The notes beneath the pieces are model-generated. The model was not told the DNA's origin. It searched no databases and was given only the letters and a program-made list of their open reading frames with translations. The translations under genes were made by a program, and so were the position numbers. DNA of 64,000 bases, taken from NCBI GenBank assembly GCA_036677065.1, contig JAKFBS010000011.1:128001-192000 (forward strand). Direction: 5' to 3'. Source of the DNA: Bdellovibrio sp. (lineage in GTDB: Bacteria > Bdellovibrionota > Bdellovibrionia > Bdellovibrionales > Bdellovibrionaceae). The first letter of the stretch is position 1. Each line of letters opens with the position of its first letter. Below are positions 1 to 10,240 of the stretch, piece after piece.

Positions 1-504
1 CACCGGATCTTGGCGATCTATTTGACCAAACGTTGCGTAATAAATTAAATCCGCTAACGACTTATCAAACAGTTTTAGTTTTGCATCTTGGTTGTTAGCA
101 CTTTGTAACCATAACCGAATAATCGCTTGCTCAAGGTGACCCTTAGCTAAAGCTAAACTTTTACCGATGCGAATCTGATTTTGCTCGACCTGGAAAAGAA
201 GTGGGTTAGTTTCATCGATCACTAAATGCACGCTAGCTTGACTTGGCTTAATACGATTTAACACCAACGATAGTTGATTCAAACGAGACTCTAAAGCTTC
301 AGCATAATTGTTAAGATTTTCTGAGTATTCGGCAGCTTTGCGTTTTGAACAGGTATAAACTGATTCGACCTTTTCTGAAGAAACCACGTCTAACTTTTCA
401 ACGAGCGTGGAATCAATACACGGATAGGGCTTGCTCATCTGCAACAGCGCCAGAAAAGATAAGTAAAATCCAATAGTTAGAATGACGTACACGTTTTGTC
501 TCAT
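1..504 (-). CDS. Hypothetical exported/membrane-anchored protein, 5' part only (runs off window start)
   Basis: Manual translation from ATG at 504 is open to position 1 (MRQNVYVILTIGFYLSFLALLQMSKPYPCIDSTLVEKLD...), with an N-terminal hydrophobic stretch; not in the ORF track because it is truncated. Confidence 0.7.
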   Translation of the reverse strand, partial: MRQNVYVILTIGFYLSFLALLQMSKPYPCIDSTLVEKLDVVSSEKVESVYTCSKRKAAEYSENLNNYAEALESRLNQLSLVLNRIKPSQASVHLVIDETNPLLFQVEQNQIRIGKSLALAKGHLEQAIIRLWLQSANNQDAKLKLFDKSLADLIYYATFGQIDRQDPV

Positions 505-519
505 TACCCATTGTTAAAA

Positions 520-534
520 GCAAAACAAGGACCA
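520..534 (-). promoter_or_regulatory. Putative sigma54 -24/-12 promoter
   Basis: Minus strand TGGTCCTTGTTTTGC = GG-N10-GC just upstream of the ORF starting at 504. Confidence 0.55.
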
Positions 535-587
535 AATAGTAAAATGCAGCTTACTAAAGCTAGGCTTATTTAGGGGTTTGTAATACG

Positions 588-1736
588 ATGCAAATATCAA
601 TGTTAACGAAGAGTTATAAATTCACAGATAATGAGTGGTCCGAGCCTTTTGATCCGTCGATGGATTCAGAAAGCACTATGATTTTGGTCTTCTTCGAATC
701 GACATTAGTCATTGATCAGCATTTAAAAAATATCAGAGCTGTTTATCCAAAAAGTAAAATCGTAGGGTCATCAACCTCTGGTGAAATTCAAAATGGCGAG
801 ATCAACGATAATTCAATTGTTTGTGTTGTTACACGGTTTAAACACACACGTTTAAAACTATTTTCAACACCCATTGATTTTACAACATCAGCCGAAGTAG
901 GCCGAACAATTTCTGAGTCTTTGGCTTCGCCTGAATTAAAAAATATTTTACTTTTTACCGATGGCTTAAACATTGATGGTTCTGATCTCATTAAAGAAAT
1001 GCATCAAACTTTACTTGAAAAAAATATTTATACCCCAATTACCGGAGGATTAGCCGGAGACGGAAACCGCTTCATTAATACTTTTGTTATTTTTGACACC
1101 GAAATAAAAACTCACCACGCAGTGGCTTTAGGTTTTTATGGCGAACATATTCAAGTTTTTGCAGGCACTGGCACAGGTTGGGATCCGTTTGGTCCGTTAC
1201 GTGTAGTTACAAAAGCAAAGCACAATACAGTTTTCGAAATTGACGGCATTCCTGCTTTAAAACTTTATCGTGAGTATTTAAAAGAAGACGCCAAAAATCT
1301 TCCAGTCTCTGGAGTTTTGTTTCCTTTAGGCGTCTCATGGGGAAAAAACGAAAATATTGTTCGCTCTGTCGCACGCATTGACGAAGCTAATAACGGATTG
1401 ATTTTTGCCAGCAGAATTCCTGAGAACTCAAAAGTACAGCTTATGCACAGTAATGTGATGAAGCTCATCAACGCTGCTGAAAACGCATTAGATAACTGTC
1501 CGATGGATTTCACACAAGACACGCCAACATTGGCCTTGATCGTAAGTTGCATTGGAAGGCGCATGATCATGGGACAAAAAACTGAAGATGAAATTGAAAT
1601 TATCCGTGATCGTTTACCTATTCACGCTGAAATTTGCGGATTTTATTCTTACGGAGAATTTGCACCTACGGCAAATAAACAGAATGAATTGCATAACCAA
1701 ACAATGACTTTAATTATCTTTCAGGAAAGGCCTTAA
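588..1736 (+). CDS. FIST (FIST_N + FIST_C) signal-transduction protein, NosP-like
   Basis: Motifs GSSTSGEI, GGLAGD, GWDPFGP, SCIGRR, GFYSYGEF and HNQTMT typical of FIST proteins. Confidence 0.9.
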   Translation: MQISMLTKSYKFTDNEWSEPFDPSMDSESTMILVFFESTLVIDQHLKNIRAVYPKSKIVGSSTSGEIQNGEINDNSIVCVVTRFKHTRLKLFSTPIDFTTSAEVGRTISESLASPELKNILLFTDGLNIDGSDLIKEMHQTLLEKNIYTPITGGLAGDGNRFINTFVIFDTEIKTHHAVALGFYGEHIQVFAGTGTGWDPFGPLRVVTKAKHNTVFEIDGIPALKLYREYLKEDAKNLPVSGVLFPLGVSWGKNENIVRSVARIDEANNGLIFASRIPENSKVQLMHSNVMKLINAAENALDNCPMDFTQDTPTLALIVSCIGRRMIMGQKTEDEIEIIRDRLPIHAEICGFYSYGEFAPTANKQNELHNQTMTLIIFQERP

Positions 1737-3011
1737 GTGAAATCGAAAATGCTTCAGCGACAATTAAAGAAGCTTAATTTCAGCGAACAAGATGCCCCTG
1801 CAACCGCGCAGGAATGGCAAGAATTGCTAAAATTAATTGATGTCACCTACAACGAGTACGAAAGTCATTTATATCGTTCACACAATACCTTAAATGTCGC
1901 GACTGACGAATTACAACGTCTTTATTCAGAACTTGAATCGAAATCATCACAAAAAATTCAATCTTTAGATTCAAGACTGCAAAACATCATGAGCACCGCT
2001 CCGTGTATTATTATGTGGGTTGATGATCAGGGCAATATTGAAGGCTGTAATGATTTTTTTCGCCAGCTTCTAAAATTTAATGATTCTTTGGATGATAAAA
2101 AAATTTCGTTAGGCGATTTAAAATTGCATGATCTGCTTGAAAAAACCAACGAGTTTGTTAAATCTTCATCGACACAAACGAGTTTTATTAAGCAAATTAG
2201 TAATCATTATTTTAAAATGACTTTAAATAAAATGCGCGATCAAAATAAGATCTCGATTTTAGGTTTTGATGTGACCGAAGACATTAATAAACAAAATACG
2301 ATCAATCAGATTCAGGCTAAAGCTGTGCAAACTTCAAAATTAGCCGTTTTAGGTGAATTAGCTGCAGGCGTTGCTCACGAAATTAATAATCCTTTAATGA
2401 TTTTAACTTCGGTAGCCTTTGTCGTGCAAAAACATATCGAACAAAACAAATACGATCAGCTTCCTGAAAAATTAGAAAAAATTCAGAGCACGATTACCCG
2501 CATTAGCCGTATTGTGAATGGCCTTCGCACTTATGCGCGCGACGGTGAAAATGATCCAATGATGCCGGTCAATATTGCCGATGTTATTTTAGAATCTCTT
2601 GAATTATGCGTTGAAAGTATTCGTTACCAAAATATCGAAGTCACATTTGACAATCAAATGACTGTTCCTCCGATTGTGAACTGTCGTGATACCCAAATTT
2701 CTCAGGTGATTTTAAATTTAATCAGCAACGCTAAAGATGCCGTACTACCGTTAAAAGAAAAATGGATTAAAGTTATCTTACTCCAGCAAAATAATAACAT
2801 CGTATTGCAAGTGATCGATTCTGGCCCTGGTATTTCATTAGATATTCGCGATCAGATTTTTCAGCCTTTTTTCACCACTAAAGATGTGGGTAACGGAACT
2901 GGTTTAGGTTTAAGTATTTCGACTGAAATTATTAAAATTCACCTTGGCCAACTTTTTGTCGACACAAGTTGTCCGAACACGTGTTTTACTATTGAATTAC
3001 CGTTAGCTTAA
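1737..3011 (+). CDS. Cytoplasmic sensor histidine kinase (PAS-like + HisKA + HATPase)
   Basis: H-box AHEINNPL, N-box NLISNAKDA, G1 DSGPGI, F-box FFTTK, G2 GTGLGL; no TM segment; abuts the FIST gene. Confidence 0.92.
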   Translation: MKSKMLQRQLKKLNFSEQDAPATAQEWQELLKLIDVTYNEYESHLYRSHNTLNVATDELQRLYSELESKSSQKIQSLDSRLQNIMSTAPCIIMWVDDQGNIEGCNDFFRQLLKFNDSLDDKKISLGDLKLHDLLEKTNEFVKSSSTQTSFIKQISNHYFKMTLNKMRDQNKISILGFDVTEDINKQNTINQIQAKAVQTSKLAVLGELAAGVAHEINNPLMILTSVAFVVQKHIEQNKYDQLPEKLEKIQSTITRISRIVNGLRTYARDGENDPMMPVNIADVILESLELCVESIRYQNIEVTFDNQMTVPPIVNCRDTQISQVILNLISNAKDAVLPLKEKWIKVILLQQNNNIVLQVIDSGPGISLDIRDQIFQPFFTTKDVGNGTGLGLSISTEIIKIHLGQLFVDTSCPNTCFTIELPLA

Positions 3012-3923
3012 TTAAACTTTTAAAGTGCCGACACGGCCGACACGTGATGATAGAGCATGGTTCATTTGTGGTTCTAACCAACGGTTGATTTCGCACAGCT
3101 TGTCGATATCAAGGCCAGTCACAACACCCATACCGTCAAACATATAAACCACATCCTCAGTAGCTACATTGCCTGTAGCCCCTTTCGCGTATGGACACCC
3201 ACCTAAACCACCAATACTTGAATCAAATACGCGAACACCTACCTTATAGGCTTCAAGAATATTAGCTAAGGCCTGCCCGCGGGTATCGTGAAAATGGCCC
3301 GCAAGTTTTGCGATTGGAACTGCTTTTTTTAATTTTTTAAATAATGAATTCACTTGGTTAACAGTCGCCACACCAATGGTGTCGCCGATAGAAATTTCGT
3401 AGCAGCCCATTTTATAAAGGCGTTTAGCCAGTTCTACGACTTTTTTCTCGGGCACAGCACCTTCAAACGGGCAACCAAAGCACACCGACAAATAGCCGCG
3501 CACTTTGATCTTATTTTTTTTGGCCATTTTTATAATGGGTTCAAAACGTTTAAAACTTTCTTCGATGCTGCAGTTAATGTTTTTTTGCGAAAATGCCTCT
3601 GAACTTGAAGCAAAAATAGCGACTTCTTTAATACCTGTCTCAAGGGCCGCATTCATGCCCATTTCATTAGGCACAAGCACGCTTGATTGATATTTTTTTT
3701 GATCTGGATATTTATCTAAAACTAATTCAGTTAATTCTTTTGATACCGCCATCTGTGGCACCCATTTAGGTGATACAAAGGCTCCGACTTCAAAAGTTTT
3801 TGTTCCTGCCGCGACTAGTTTTTCTAAAAGTTCAAAACGTTGAAATACAGATAAAACAGTGGATTCATTTTGTAATCCATCTCGCAAACCTACTTCAACA
3901 ATTTTTACTTTTGTTTTTGCCAC
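3012..3923 (-). CDS. hmgL: Hydroxymethylglutaryl-CoA lyase
   Basis: EVGLRDGLQNE, HFHDTRG and GLGGCPYAKGATGNVATED signatures. Confidence 0.95.
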   Translation of the reverse strand: MAKTKVKIVEVGLRDGLQNESTVLSVFQRFELLEKLVAAGTKTFEVGAFVSPKWVPQMAVSKELTELVLDKYPDQKKYQSSVLVPNEMGMNAALETGIKEVAIFASSSEAFSQKNINCSIEESFKRFEPIIKMAKKNKIKVRGYLSVCFGCPFEGAVPEKKVVELAKRLYKMGCYEISIGDTIGVATVNQVNSLFKKLKKAVPIAKLAGHFHDTRGQALANILEAYKVGVRVFDSSIGGLGGCPYAKGATGNVATEDVVYMFDGMGVVTGLDIDKLCEINRWLEPQMNHALSSRVGRVGTLKV

Positions 3924-3925
3924 GC

Positions 3926-4303
3926 TTATGTACTTTCTGTCTTAACTTCTGTTTTCATTAGCTTAACAAGAACTGCGCCAACCTGCACTTGGTCATTTAT
4001 TTTGCCAGTTACAGTTTCAACAGTTGTTTCTAAGTCTGATTTTAAGGTGTATTCCATTTTCATGGCTTCCATAACTAATAAGGCTTGGCCCACTGTGACG
4101 CTATCGCCGGGTTTAACAAACACCTTGGTAATTTTACCCGGCATCGGGGCAACAATCACATCGGGGCTTGCTGTATTAGATTTTTTACGACGCTGACCTT
4201 CAGAAGATAAATCAATAATATCATAAGACCAAGTTTCGCTACCAGATTTAATCCACAGAGTTTGGCCGACTTTTTCAACCTGCATGTTGTCGATTGTTTT
4301 CAT
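3926..4303 (-). CDS. Biotin carboxyl carrier subunit of acyl-CoA (3-methylcrotonyl-CoA) carboxylase
   Basis: APMPG and EAMKM biotin-attachment motif; start moved to ATG 4303 (TAATG overlap with upstream stop, GGAGAGG RBS). Confidence 0.88.
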   Translation of the reverse strand: MKTIDNMQVEKVGQTLWIKSGSETWSYDIIDLSSEGQRRKKSNTASPDVIVAPMPGKITKVFVKPGDSVTVGQALLVMEAMKMEYTLKSDLETTVETVTGKINDQVQVGAVLVKLMKTEVKTEST

Positions 4304-5796
4304 TAGATACCTCTCCAATGACTAAGCCATGGTGAATTTTCAGTCGTCGTTTGATTTGGGCCAGTTGCTCCTGCACCACTTGCGATAAACTTTTTATAAA
4401 TTTCTTGGCTTAATTTTTTACGATCGGCTTCTACATGTTTTGATTTTAAGCCGTCAGCAAAATTTTTCTCGATAAAACGAGTCGTCATAGTGCCATCGAT
4501 AAATTCAGGGTGCGATAAAATTTCAATTAAATACGGAATATTCGTGTGCACGCCAAACACTGTTGAATCTTTTAATACACGAATCATTTTTTCAATAGCG
4601 CGCGGACGCGATTCATCCCATACGATCGCTTTAGCAATCATCGGATCATAATGTGAAGTGATCGTGTCACCTTTTTCGAAACCGAACTCATAACGTCGGC
4701 GTGGGCCCTCTGGCCAGTGAACTGTGCCTAGCAAGCCTGTTGAAGGAACGCCACCCATGTAAGAGTTCTCGGCGTAAATTCGGCATTCAATGGAATGGCC
4801 GCGTGGAATTCTGATTTCGTTATCGTTCCAGACAAATTTTTCTTGTGCCGTTAACAATTGCATCTTCACTAAATCAACACCTAAGACTTCTTCAGTGACA
4901 GGGTGTTCAACTTGCAAACGTGTGTTTACTTCTAATAAATAAAATTTTCCGTCTTGTAATAAAAATTCAACGGTTCCTGCACCTTTGTATTTACCAAGAG
5001 TACCTAACGTCACAGCCACTTCACCCATTTTGCGGCGAAGATCTTCAGTTAATGAAGGCGACGTTGCTTCTTCGATAATTTTTTGATGACGACGTTGTAC
5101 TGAACATTCGCGGTCAAATAAGTGCATTACTTTTCCAGTGCTATCACCGAAAATTTGAAATTCGATATGTTTGGCGCGATCTAAATATTTTTCTAAGAAA
5201 ACTTTTTCTGAACCGAATGCCGATTTGGCTTCACGTTGTGCTGATTCAATGGCCTCTACCGCTTCAGACATTTGTTTAATTAATTTCATACCGCGACCAC
5301 CACCGCCCGCAGCGGCCTTTACAATCACAGGTAAACCAATAACTTCGACTTCTTTAAGTAAAGTTTGAACTGTTTGATCTTCACCTTCATAACCCGGAAC
5401 CAACGGAAGACCTGCTTTTTTAGCTAAGGCTTTACAGCTTACTTTGTCACCCAAAGTGCGAATAGCGTCTGCCGAAGGGCCGATGAAGGTCAAACCCGCC
5501 TGTTCACAACGATGAGCGAAGTGTGCGTTTTCAGACAGGAATCCAAAACCAGGATGAACCGCTTGGGCGCCCATAGCGATTGCGCCTTGGATATTAGCCT
5601 CGATATTTAAATAGCTTTCGGCTGTGGCTGCAGGACCAATACAGACTTTATGAGTCGCCATACGAAATGCGCGAGAATTAATATCAGCTTCAGAATGCAG
5701 CAACACGGTTTCTAAACCCAGCTCCTCACAAGCTTTAATAATTCGAACAGCAACTTCTCCACGATTAGCAATAGCAACACGACTGAATTTTGGCAT
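4303..5796 (-). CDS. Biotin carboxylase subunit of acyl-CoA carboxylase (methylcrotonyl-CoA carboxylase alpha, LiuD-like)
   Basis: IANRGEVAVR, HPGFGFLSEN, GGGGRGM, RECSVQRRHQK, EVNTRLQVEHPVTE; sits among liu-type genes. Confidence 0.9.
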   Translation of the reverse strand: MPKFSRVAIANRGEVAVRIIKACEELGLETVLLHSEADINSRAFRMATHKVCIGPAATAESYLNIEANIQGAIAMGAQAVHPGFGFLSENAHFAHRCEQAGLTFIGPSADAIRTLGDKVSCKALAKKAGLPLVPGYEGEDQTVQTLLKEVEVIGLPVIVKAAAGGGGRGMKLIKQMSEAVEAIESAQREAKSAFGSEKVFLEKYLDRAKHIEFQIFGDSTGKVMHLFDRECSVQRRHQKIIEEATSPSLTEDLRRKMGEVAVTLGTLGKYKGAGTVEFLLQDGKFYLLEVNTRLQVEHPVTEEVLGVDLVKMQLLTAQEKFVWNDNEIRIPRGHSIECRIYAENSYMGGVPSTGLLGTVHWPEGPRRRYEFGFEKGDTITSHYDPMIAKAIVWDESRPRAIEKMIRVLKDSTVFGVHTNIPYLIEILSHPEFIDGTMTTRFIEKNFADGLKSKHVEADRKKLSQEIYKKFIASGAGATGPNQTTTENSPWLSHWRGI

Positions 5797-5840
5797 AAAA
5801 TTAGGTATAAACTTCTTTTAAAGTTTTGTACAATAGAGAG

Positions 5841-6218
5841 ATGAAAATCGGCCTCTATTTAGATAACGTTGCTATGCATATATTAAACCGAGGCATTTTT
5901 GTCAGTTGCGAGCCTGTGGATCGCATAGAATCTGCTCAACCCGGCCTTGTCGACGAACGCTTAAGCGAAGTCGGAATGGTCTATTTAGTCTGTGACACCG
6001 AAAAAGAGATTCAAGGCAAAGCCAAGCTGACAGACGCTTTCATTACCACTTATGGCGACCCTGATCCTATTATGCTTGAGCATATGGGCTTTAAAGACAA
6101 AGCCGATAGGTTCAAATCCGAGTACGCAGGTCTTTTTAAACAGCAGTTCCCCGAAGATCCCTTAATGGATGAGACCGAACTGTTCGTCTGTATATACGAA
6201 CCTGTAAAAGATAGCTGA
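5841..6218 (+). CDS. Hypothetical protein, possibly divergent ASCH domain
   Basis: Pattern EVGMVYLVCD...AKLTDAFITTYGD...LF...DETELFVCIYEPV resembles ASCH by eye; ATG 5841 preferred over TTG 5826. Confidence 0.5.
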   Translation: MKIGLYLDNVAMHILNRGIFVSCEPVDRIESAQPGLVDERLSEVGMVYLVCDTEKEIQGKAKLTDAFITTYGDPDPIMLEHMGFKDKADRFKSEYAGLFKQQFPEDPLMDETELFVCIYEPVKDS

Positions 6219-6300
6219 CAAAACTTTTGACAGTCTCTATTTAGCCGCACCCATGGTATAACCACGTTGAAACTTACAAAACTTAACGAAAGGTTCCCCC

Positions 6301-6609
6301 ATGAAAGCTTTTACCGTTATCTTTGCTATTCTTACTTTATCTGCTTTTGCCAATGCATCTTGTATCGGCGAAGCACAAATTATCGCTAAAGTTGATTCAT
6401 TAAAATCTGATTCAATGACTACGTGTCGCGTGATGATTAAATCTGCAAGCCTTTATAACGAAAGCATTATCTGCCCGTTAGATCTTTCAGAAGTGATGTC
6501 TGAAGGTATTGAGATCGGTCTTAAAAATGGTCATGACTGTGAATTTGAATCAGACGTGATCTCTGGGATTTTAGTTAAAAACAAAGCCGGCGTAATCTAT
6601 TTAGAATAA
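6301..6609 (+). CDS. Small secreted Cys-containing hypothetical protein
   Basis: Signal peptide ending ANA-S; four Cys; AAGG RBS. Confidence 0.75.
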   Translation: MKAFTVIFAILTLSAFANASCIGEAQIIAKVDSLKSDSMTTCRVMIKSASLYNESIICPLDLSEVMSEGIEIGLKNGHDCEFESDVISGILVKNKAGVIYLE

Positions 6610-6612
6610 TTC

Positions 6613-7401
6613 TTAATTACATTGTTCCCATTGTAGGTGGTAAGAAACGCTTCTCTTATCACTTATCTGGCCGTCAATCGAATCAAGAGTAATCATGGCT
6701 TGTTCACCCGTTGCATTGCTTGTTACTGCAATACTCACATCAATTTCTAAATTGTATGTGCCACCGCAAGTTTTAAGAATTGGATTTAATAACGGATTTA
6801 ATAATTTAATATTTACCAGTGGTTTGTTTTCAATCACTGCACTCATGAAAAAATCTTCAGCTAACGGACCAACGAATGTTTGCTGGCTTTTCACGCGTGT
6901 GCCTAGCGCTTTTAATCCTAGATGGCGAATCTGATGAATAGCTGAAAGTTTTGCGCGGGCTTTTACTGGTAAAGCGTGAAAGCCGCGGTAATCCATTTGT
7001 GCTACAGCCATACGAAACCCTTTTGGCGCTTCGATCGGAATAATTAAACGACAAGTTTTTTCAGTAGTTTGTTTCATTGCCTGTTGGCCGGCTTCGGTTG
7101 TGAAGTTATCAAACACAATTGAAACTGCTCGGTTATCACCCGACATGACTACCGCCGCTGTTCCTTCCGGGCAACCTGAACCTTGATAGTTGGGCTTTTG
7201 CATAATTACTTTTGAAGGTGCTGGCTTATCCTTACCAGGTTTTTGTTTTTTCTTTTTGTTATCAAAAAATGGACGGTCTTCTTCTTCCTGTTTGGCCTGC
7301 TGAGACTTACCTGGCAAAAGGGCACCAAGCTGAGCCTGCGCTGAAAAGCTATAAGTTAGAATTAAGGCCGTAATAGCTAATAACGATTTAGAAATAAGCA
7401 T
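6613..7401 (-). CDS. Secreted DUF4360-family protein
   Basis: Signal peptide; YQGSGCPEGT, SIVFDNF, KTCRL and DYRGF motifs plus terminal LQWEQC characteristic of DUF4360. Confidence 0.8.
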   Translation of the reverse strand: MLISKSLLAITALILTYSFSAQAQLGALLPGKSQQAKQEEEDRPFFDNKKKKQKPGKDKPAPSKVIMQKPNYQGSGCPEGTAAVVMSGDNRAVSIVFDNFTTEAGQQAMKQTTEKTCRLIIPIEAPKGFRMAVAQMDYRGFHALPVKARAKLSAIHQIRHLGLKALGTRVKSQQTFVGPLAEDFFMSAVIENKPLVNIKLLNPLLNPILKTCGGTYNLEIDVSIAVTSNATGEQAMITLDSIDGQISDKRSVSYHLQWEQCN

Positions 7402-7426
7402 AGATCCCCCGTGCTATAATAATATA

Positions 7427-7441
7427 GCAAGCGCGGGACCA
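7427..7441 (-). promoter_or_regulatory. Putative sigma54 promoter of the DUF4360 gene
   Basis: Minus strand TGGTCCCGCGCTTGC (GG-N10-GC). Confidence 0.6.
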
Positions 7442-7461
7442 GACATTTTGGCGCTACCTAA

Positions 7462-7755
7462 TTAATGAATACTCGGGCGATCAATTGAATCATGGCCTTC
7501 AAGTTTTACTAATTTATTATAAATACCAATGAGCATAAAACTTGGACCACAAAGCCCGATAAAATTGGCTAAGAATTTTTTTTTCGTAAACGCTGTAAGA
7601 CCTGCTGAAATGGCCAAGCTACCAAGTGCTAATGCTAAATAACCCACTGATGGAACCTTTGCAGTCACATCTTCGATTTGTTTGGTCATTTCGCCTTCTT
7701 TAGGAATTTTATTAGAATATTTCCCCATAAAACCCTGCAGTGTATTTTGTTTCAT
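7462..7755 (-). CDS. Small two-TM hypothetical membrane protein
   Basis: Two hydrophobic segments; AAGGAG RBS. Confidence 0.75.
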   Translation of the reverse strand: MKQNTLQGFMGKYSNKIPKEGEMTKQIEDVTAKVPSVGYLALALGSLAISAGLTAFTKKKFLANFIGLCGPSFMLIGIYNKLVKLEGHDSIDRPSIH

Positions 7756-7792
7756 AAATAACTCCTTTTGTTTATGTCACAACAAGCAAGGA

Positions 7793-7807
7793 GCAATCTT
7801 TACGCCA
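7793..7807 (-). promoter_or_regulatory. Putative sigma54 promoter of the 7462-7755 gene
   Basis: Minus strand TGGCGTAAAGATTGC (GG-N10-GC, near consensus). Confidence 0.65.
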
Positions 7808-7816
7808 ATGAAAGTT

Positions 7817-8587
7817 CTATTTTTTTTTGTTTAGAAATGCTTTTAGACGCTCTTGGCCTTCTTTAGACATTCTGCGTTCACTAATTACAGTGGTGCTGAG
7901 TTTTTTCTGCTCAGCCCAAGATTTTTCAGTCTTAGAATTTTCGATATTATTTAATATTTTTTTTGTTTCACGAACGGCTTCTAAACCTAAACCAGAAAAT
8001 TTTCTAGCTTCGGTTAAACCATCTTCGGCATTTTTAATAACGTGAACCAAACCTAAACGTTGTGCTGTTACTGAATCAAAAACTTCAGCATTCAACATAT
8101 ACGGACGAACCTGGCTGTCAGCACACTTACGTAAAATAAATGCCGAAATCACTGCTGGTGATAAACCAAGTTTTACTTCACTGAAACAGTACTTGGTAGC
8201 TTCGTCAGCGATCACATAATCACAGGCTGCGATTAATCCTAAAGCGCCACCAAAAGCTGCGCCATGAATTAAACCAATCACCGGAGCTTCGCACAAAGCG
8301 ATCGATTCAAACATCTCCCAAAGTTTTTCTGAATCTTTGATGTTTTGTTCGAATGAAAAATCAACCATCGACTTCATCCAGTTTAAATCTGCACCGGCGC
8401 AAAATGCTGTGCCGGCGCCTTTTAAAATGACGGCACGAACAGTTTTATCTTTAGAAATTGTTTGAAATGCTTCTGTGATTTCAGAAATCATTTCTGGGTT
8501 AAACGCATTTTTTAATTCTGGTTTATTTAATTCAACAATTTTAATCGAGTTATCGTTCAGGTCAGAAGTGATATTGATATTTTTCAT
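7817..8587 (-). CDS. Enoyl-CoA hydratase, methylglutaconyl-CoA hydratase (LiuC-like)
   Basis: LNKPELKNAF, AFCAGADL, GAAFGGALGL, FSEVKLGL; start moved to ATG 8587 with AGGA RBS. Confidence 0.88.
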   Translation of the reverse strand: MKNINITSDLNDNSIKIVELNKPELKNAFNPEMISEITEAFQTISKDKTVRAVILKGAGTAFCAGADLNWMKSMVDFSFEQNIKDSEKLWEMFESIALCEAPVIGLIHGAAFGGALGLIAACDYVIADEATKYCFSEVKLGLSPAVISAFILRKCADSQVRPYMLNAEVFDSVTAQRLGLVHVIKNAEDGLTEARKFSGLGLEAVRETKKILNNIENSKTEKSWAEQKKLSTTVISERRMSKEGQERLKAFLNKKK

Positions 8588-8609
8588 GTTACATCCTGTT
8601 AGGCTACGC

Positions 8610-10214
8610 CTACATTCTAAAGACGCCCTGTTGTTTCGGGCCCCAATCTGCATTTAAGCTGGCTGAAATTCCCAGAGCCAATACACGACGCGTGTCTACT
8701 GGATCAATAATGCCATCATCCCACAAACGTGCTGTTGAGAAATAAGCTGAGCTTTCAAAATCATATTTTTCCAGAGTTGGTTTTTTAAAATCTTCTTGTT
8801 CACTGGCTGTCATGCTTTGGCCTTTAATAGCTAACTGATCTAGTTTTACAGTTAATAAAACATTTGCCGCTTGTTCGCCGCCCATGACGCTGATGCGGGC
8901 ATTCGGCCACATCCACATTTGTCGAGGCTGAAACGCGCGACCGCACATTCCGTAATTACCTGCGCCATATGATCCACCAATCACCACTGTGAATTTTGGC
9001 ACCCGTGCATTTGATACGGCCATCACCATTTTAGCGCCATGCTTGGCAATACCTTCTTGTTCATATTTTTTACCAACCATAAAGCCAGTAATATTTTGTA
9101 AGAAAATTAAAGGCACTTCTCGCTGTTCGCAAAGCTCAATAAAGTGAGCTGCTTTTTGCGCGCTCTCAGAAAATAAAACTCCGTTATTTGCAATAATCCC
9201 GACTGGCATTCCCCAGATGTGAGCAAAACCAGTCACTAAAGTTTTTCCGTAAAGAGCTTTAAACTCATGAAAATTAGATCCATCCACAATACGCGCAATG
9301 ACTTCGCGCACATCAAACGGAATACGCGAATCAGCTGGTAAAATGCCGTAAATCTCATTCGCATCAAATAAAGGTTCTTCGACAGGAATTGTTTTTAAGC
9401 TAATTACTTTTTTATGATTTAAATGTTTTACGATTGAGCGGGTAATTTCAATGGCATGTTGGTCATCTTCTGCAAAATGATCAGTTACGCCTGATAATTC
9501 ACAGTGAGTATTTGCACCACCCAGCACTTGGGCATCAACCACTTCACCAGTAGCTGCTTTCACTAGCGGAGGTCCACCTAGAAAAATTGTGCCGTTATCT
9601 TTTACGATCACGTTTTCATCTGACATTGACGGAACGTAAGCCCCACCTGCGGTACATGAACCCATCACTACTGAAATTTGCGGAATATTACGAGCGCTCA
9701 TTCTGGCTTGGTTATAAAAAATTCTTCCGAAATGATCACGGTCTGGAAACACTTCTGATTGCAAAGGTAAAAAGGCGCCGCCGCTATCAACCAGGTAAAT
9801 ACAAGGTAAGCCATTTTCTAAAGCGACTTCTTGCGCACGGATGTGCTTTTTTACTGTCATTGGAAAGTATGTTCCACCTTTTACGGTGGCATCATTAGCG
9901 ACGATAATACATTCAACACCCTGAATAACACCAATACCTGTGATCACACCCGCTGCTGGCGCTTGGTCTTCGTACATACCGATAGCTGCTAAGGTAGAAA
10001 ATTCTAAAAATGCAGTGCCTTGATCAAGTAAGCCTTCAATACGTTCACGTGCAGTTAGTTTACCGCGTGATTTATGTTTTTTTTGCGCTTCTTCGCCGCC
10101 ACCTAATTTAACTTTTGCAACTTTGGCGCGCCAGTTTTCAACTGTCGTCATCATTTGTTTATAGTTTTTTTTAAAATCTTCTGATTGAGTTTGTACGCTA
10201 GATTCTAGAATCAC
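8610..10214 (-). CDS. 3-methylcrotonyl-CoA carboxylase beta (carboxyltransferase) subunit, LiuB-like
   Basis: [37 protein letters not shown] and C-terminal GVFRM. Confidence 0.93.
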   Translation of the reverse strand: MILESSVQTQSEDFKKNYKQMMTTVENWRAKVAKVKLGGGEEAQKKHKSRGKLTARERIEGLLDQGTAFLEFSTLAAIGMYEDQAPAAGVITGIGVIQGVECIIVANDATVKGGTYFPMTVKKHIRAQEVALENGLPCIYLVDSGGAFLPLQSEVFPDRDHFGRIFYNQARMSARNIPQISVVMGSCTAGGAYVPSMSDENVIVKDNGTIFLGGPPLVKAATGEVVDAQVLGGANTHCELSGVTDHFAEDDQHAIEITRSIVKHLNHKKVISLKTIPVEEPLFDANEIYGILPADSRIPFDVREVIARIVDGSNFHEFKALYGKTLVTGFAHIWGMPVGIIANNGVLFSESAQKAAHFIELCEQREVPLIFLQNITGFMVGKKYEQEGIAKHGAKMVMAVSNARVPKFTVVIGGSYGAGNYGMCGRAFQPRQMWMWPNARISVMGGEQAANVLLTVKLDQLAIKGQSMTASEQEDFKKPTLEKYDFESSAYFSTARLWDDGIIDPVDTRRVLALGISASLNADWGPKQQGVFRM

Positions 10215-10240
10215 AGTTTCCTCGAGTTCGCAAAAATCAC

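Noticed and set aside
4290..4320. Possible frameshift/pseudogene splitting the carboxylase alpha subunit
   Set aside because: A clean TAATG stop-start overlap with a strong RBS indicates a genuine two-gene arrangement
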